Source: the human T2T-CHM13v2.0 reference genome, Homo sapiens. From it: 64,000 nucleotides of DNA. The stretch covers positions 40,160,001 through 40,224,000 of the forward strand of contig CP068257.2 in NCBI GenBank assembly GCA_009914755.4. Direction: 5' to 3'. Made by a program: the position numbers and the translations under genes. Of this stretch, positions 62,629 through 64,000 are shown in pieces. Numbering within the stretch: position 1 is the stretch's first letter; the number at the start of each line of letters is the position of its first letter. The notes beneath the pieces were generated by a model that was given only the letters and a program-made list of their open reading frames with translations, was not told the origin of the DNA and made no database searches.

Positions 62629-62905
62629 AAGGCCACACCTTACAGCGCTGTGGCATCAGATTGCCACAGGCCACACCTTACAGCACTGTGGCATCGGATC
62701 ACCACAGGCCACACCTTTACAGCACTGTGGCATCAGATCACCAGAGGCCACACCTTACAGCGCTGTGGCATCGGATCACCACAGGCCACACCTTACAGCA
62801 CTGTGGCATCAGATCACCACAGGCCACACCTTTACAGTGCTGTGGCAACGGATCACCATAGGCCACACCTTTACAGTGCTGTGGCATTGGATTGCCACAC
62901 TCCCC
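62629..62905 (+). repeat. 7 x roughly 39-bp tandem repeat (aggccacacctt(t)acag[ct]gctgtggcatc[ag]gat[ct][ag]ccac).
   Basis: 'aggccacaccttacagcgctgtggcatcagattgccacaggccacaccttacagcactgtggcatcggatcaccacaggccacacctttacagcactgtggcatcagatcaccagaggccacaccttacagcgctgtggcatcggatcaccacagg...'. Confidence 0.95.
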
Positions 62906-62927
62906 TCAACCTGGGCCTCCTGAACAG

Positions 62928-63105
62928 CATAGGTGAGCCTCCCTCCCAGCCAGGCACTAAAGAGCACAGGTGAGCCTCCCTCCCGGGCAGGTGCTAAAGA
63001 GCACAGGTGAGCCTCCTTCCCAGGCAGGTACCAACCAATACAAGTGAGCCCCCCTCCCAGGCAGGTGCAAATCAGCACCCATGAGCACCCCCTCCTGGGC
63101 AGGTG
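62928..63105 (+). repeat. About 4.5 x roughly 38-bp tandem repeat (aggtgagcctccctcccaggcaggtgctaaagagcac), immediately adjacent to the 39-bp array.
   Basis: 'cataggtgagcctccctcccagccaggcactaaagagcacaggtgagcctccctcccgggcaggtgctaaagagcacaggtgagcctccttcccaggcaggtaccaaccaatacaagtgagcccccctcccaggcaggtgcaaatcagcacccatgagcaccccctcctgggcaggtgg'. Confidence 0.9.
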
Positions 63106-64000
63106 GCTCCACTAGTCCTGCCGCCCCGTGGAAGGCAATGGTGCTGCCAAGAGCTTCAGCTTTCTCCCTCACAAGCCCCTCGTGACCATGGAAAGAGAAC
63201 CTACTTCAGGCCACTCCCCAGCTGTCCCGGACAACTCTGCCAAGCCGAGGGTGGCTTCTCCCGCAGCCACCCACTCACTGCCAGTTCAGGAACCCACAGG
63301 GGCACTGGGTCCCAACAATGCTTCTCCCTCCAATAACCCTGCGCCGAGGGGATCTAGGTTTATGTCTGAATAAATGAGCCACTGAGAACAGCTGCCTACT
63401 GGGGTCTGACGAAGGGAGAGGGGTGCAGGGCACCTGGGGATGGAGAGGGGATTATTGGGGGAGGCTGGTGGGCCGCATTTTGCCTGAGGGCCTGGACGTG
63501 AGCCTTTGCTATTCCGTAGCACAGTACTTATGGTCAGACACAGCACAAGGAACACGAAGATGAGTTACACCAGCACCTGGTCACACCACAAGGGACAGGC
63601 ACCACAACAGGTCCCATGGAGGGAGCTTCAGAAAAACCCACAAGACTGTAACATTTTAAAACTGCCCCCCACACCCCTCTCCAGGGTGTGCTATGAGTCC
63701 TCGAGAGAGGGTGACACAAAGGCAACAGTGACCCATCCCTCTGTGCCCCGCTGGGGACCCCCACTGCTTGGGCCTCCAGTGCCACCCACCACTGGGAATG
63801 GGGAAGGCGTGACTCCCACATTCTTGGTTTAATTCTTGGTACAAATTCTTGGTTTAATTGTCTAAGGAAGATACACATTCTCTTAACTTCAATACTATAA
63901 ATAAGTATAAGAGCATGCAAATCATATATTATGCAAACAAGCTCCATTTCAAGGTTTTTATCCTTTCTGTTCAGTCTAAAACGGGTAACCTTTGAAACTA

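Overview
This is primate (almost certainly human) nuclear genomic DNA, not prokaryotic. At least 25 Alu elements, an L1 3' fragment, MaLR-type LTR pieces and a MADE1 fragment are recognisable by eye. No operons, CRISPR arrays or rRNA/tRNA genes are present, so the 'novel biological system' framing does not apply here.

The main functional content is the 3' half of a multi-exon C2H2 zinc-finger gene on the minus strand, from about 58.7 kb down to 31.6 kb, with the 5' end beyond the window.
- I resolved 13 coding exons with canonical AG/GT boundaries and mutually consistent phases.
- Most exons carry one or one-and-a-half fingers, split in the glycine codon of an H-T-G linker.
- The terminal exon ends in a Q-rich tail, '...[12 protein letters not shown]', with a TGA stop at 31607-31609.
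- This architecture, with at least 13 fingers, atypical non-TGEKP linkers, an acidic stretch and a Q-rich C-terminus, fits the PRDM10/PRDM15 family. PRDM15 is my tentative call; it is not database-verified.

The rest is repeat-rich and GC-rich, resembling subtelomeric euchromatin.
- A CpG-rich, island-like block sits at 8.35-8.9 kb.
- Several striking tandem arrays are present: a 1.45 kb CAC/CAT trinucleotide array, a 47-bp minisatellite of about 30 copies, a roughly 2 kb degenerate CA-rich array, a 29-bp GGGA minisatellite, and a 240-bp pure polypurine tract.
- A roughly 100-bp tandem repeat re-duplicates the donor junction of one zinc-finger exon.
- A closely spaced inverted Alu pair lies in an intron.

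All long ORFs in the supplied track outside the 13 exons are low-complexity, repeat or GC-richness artefacts.
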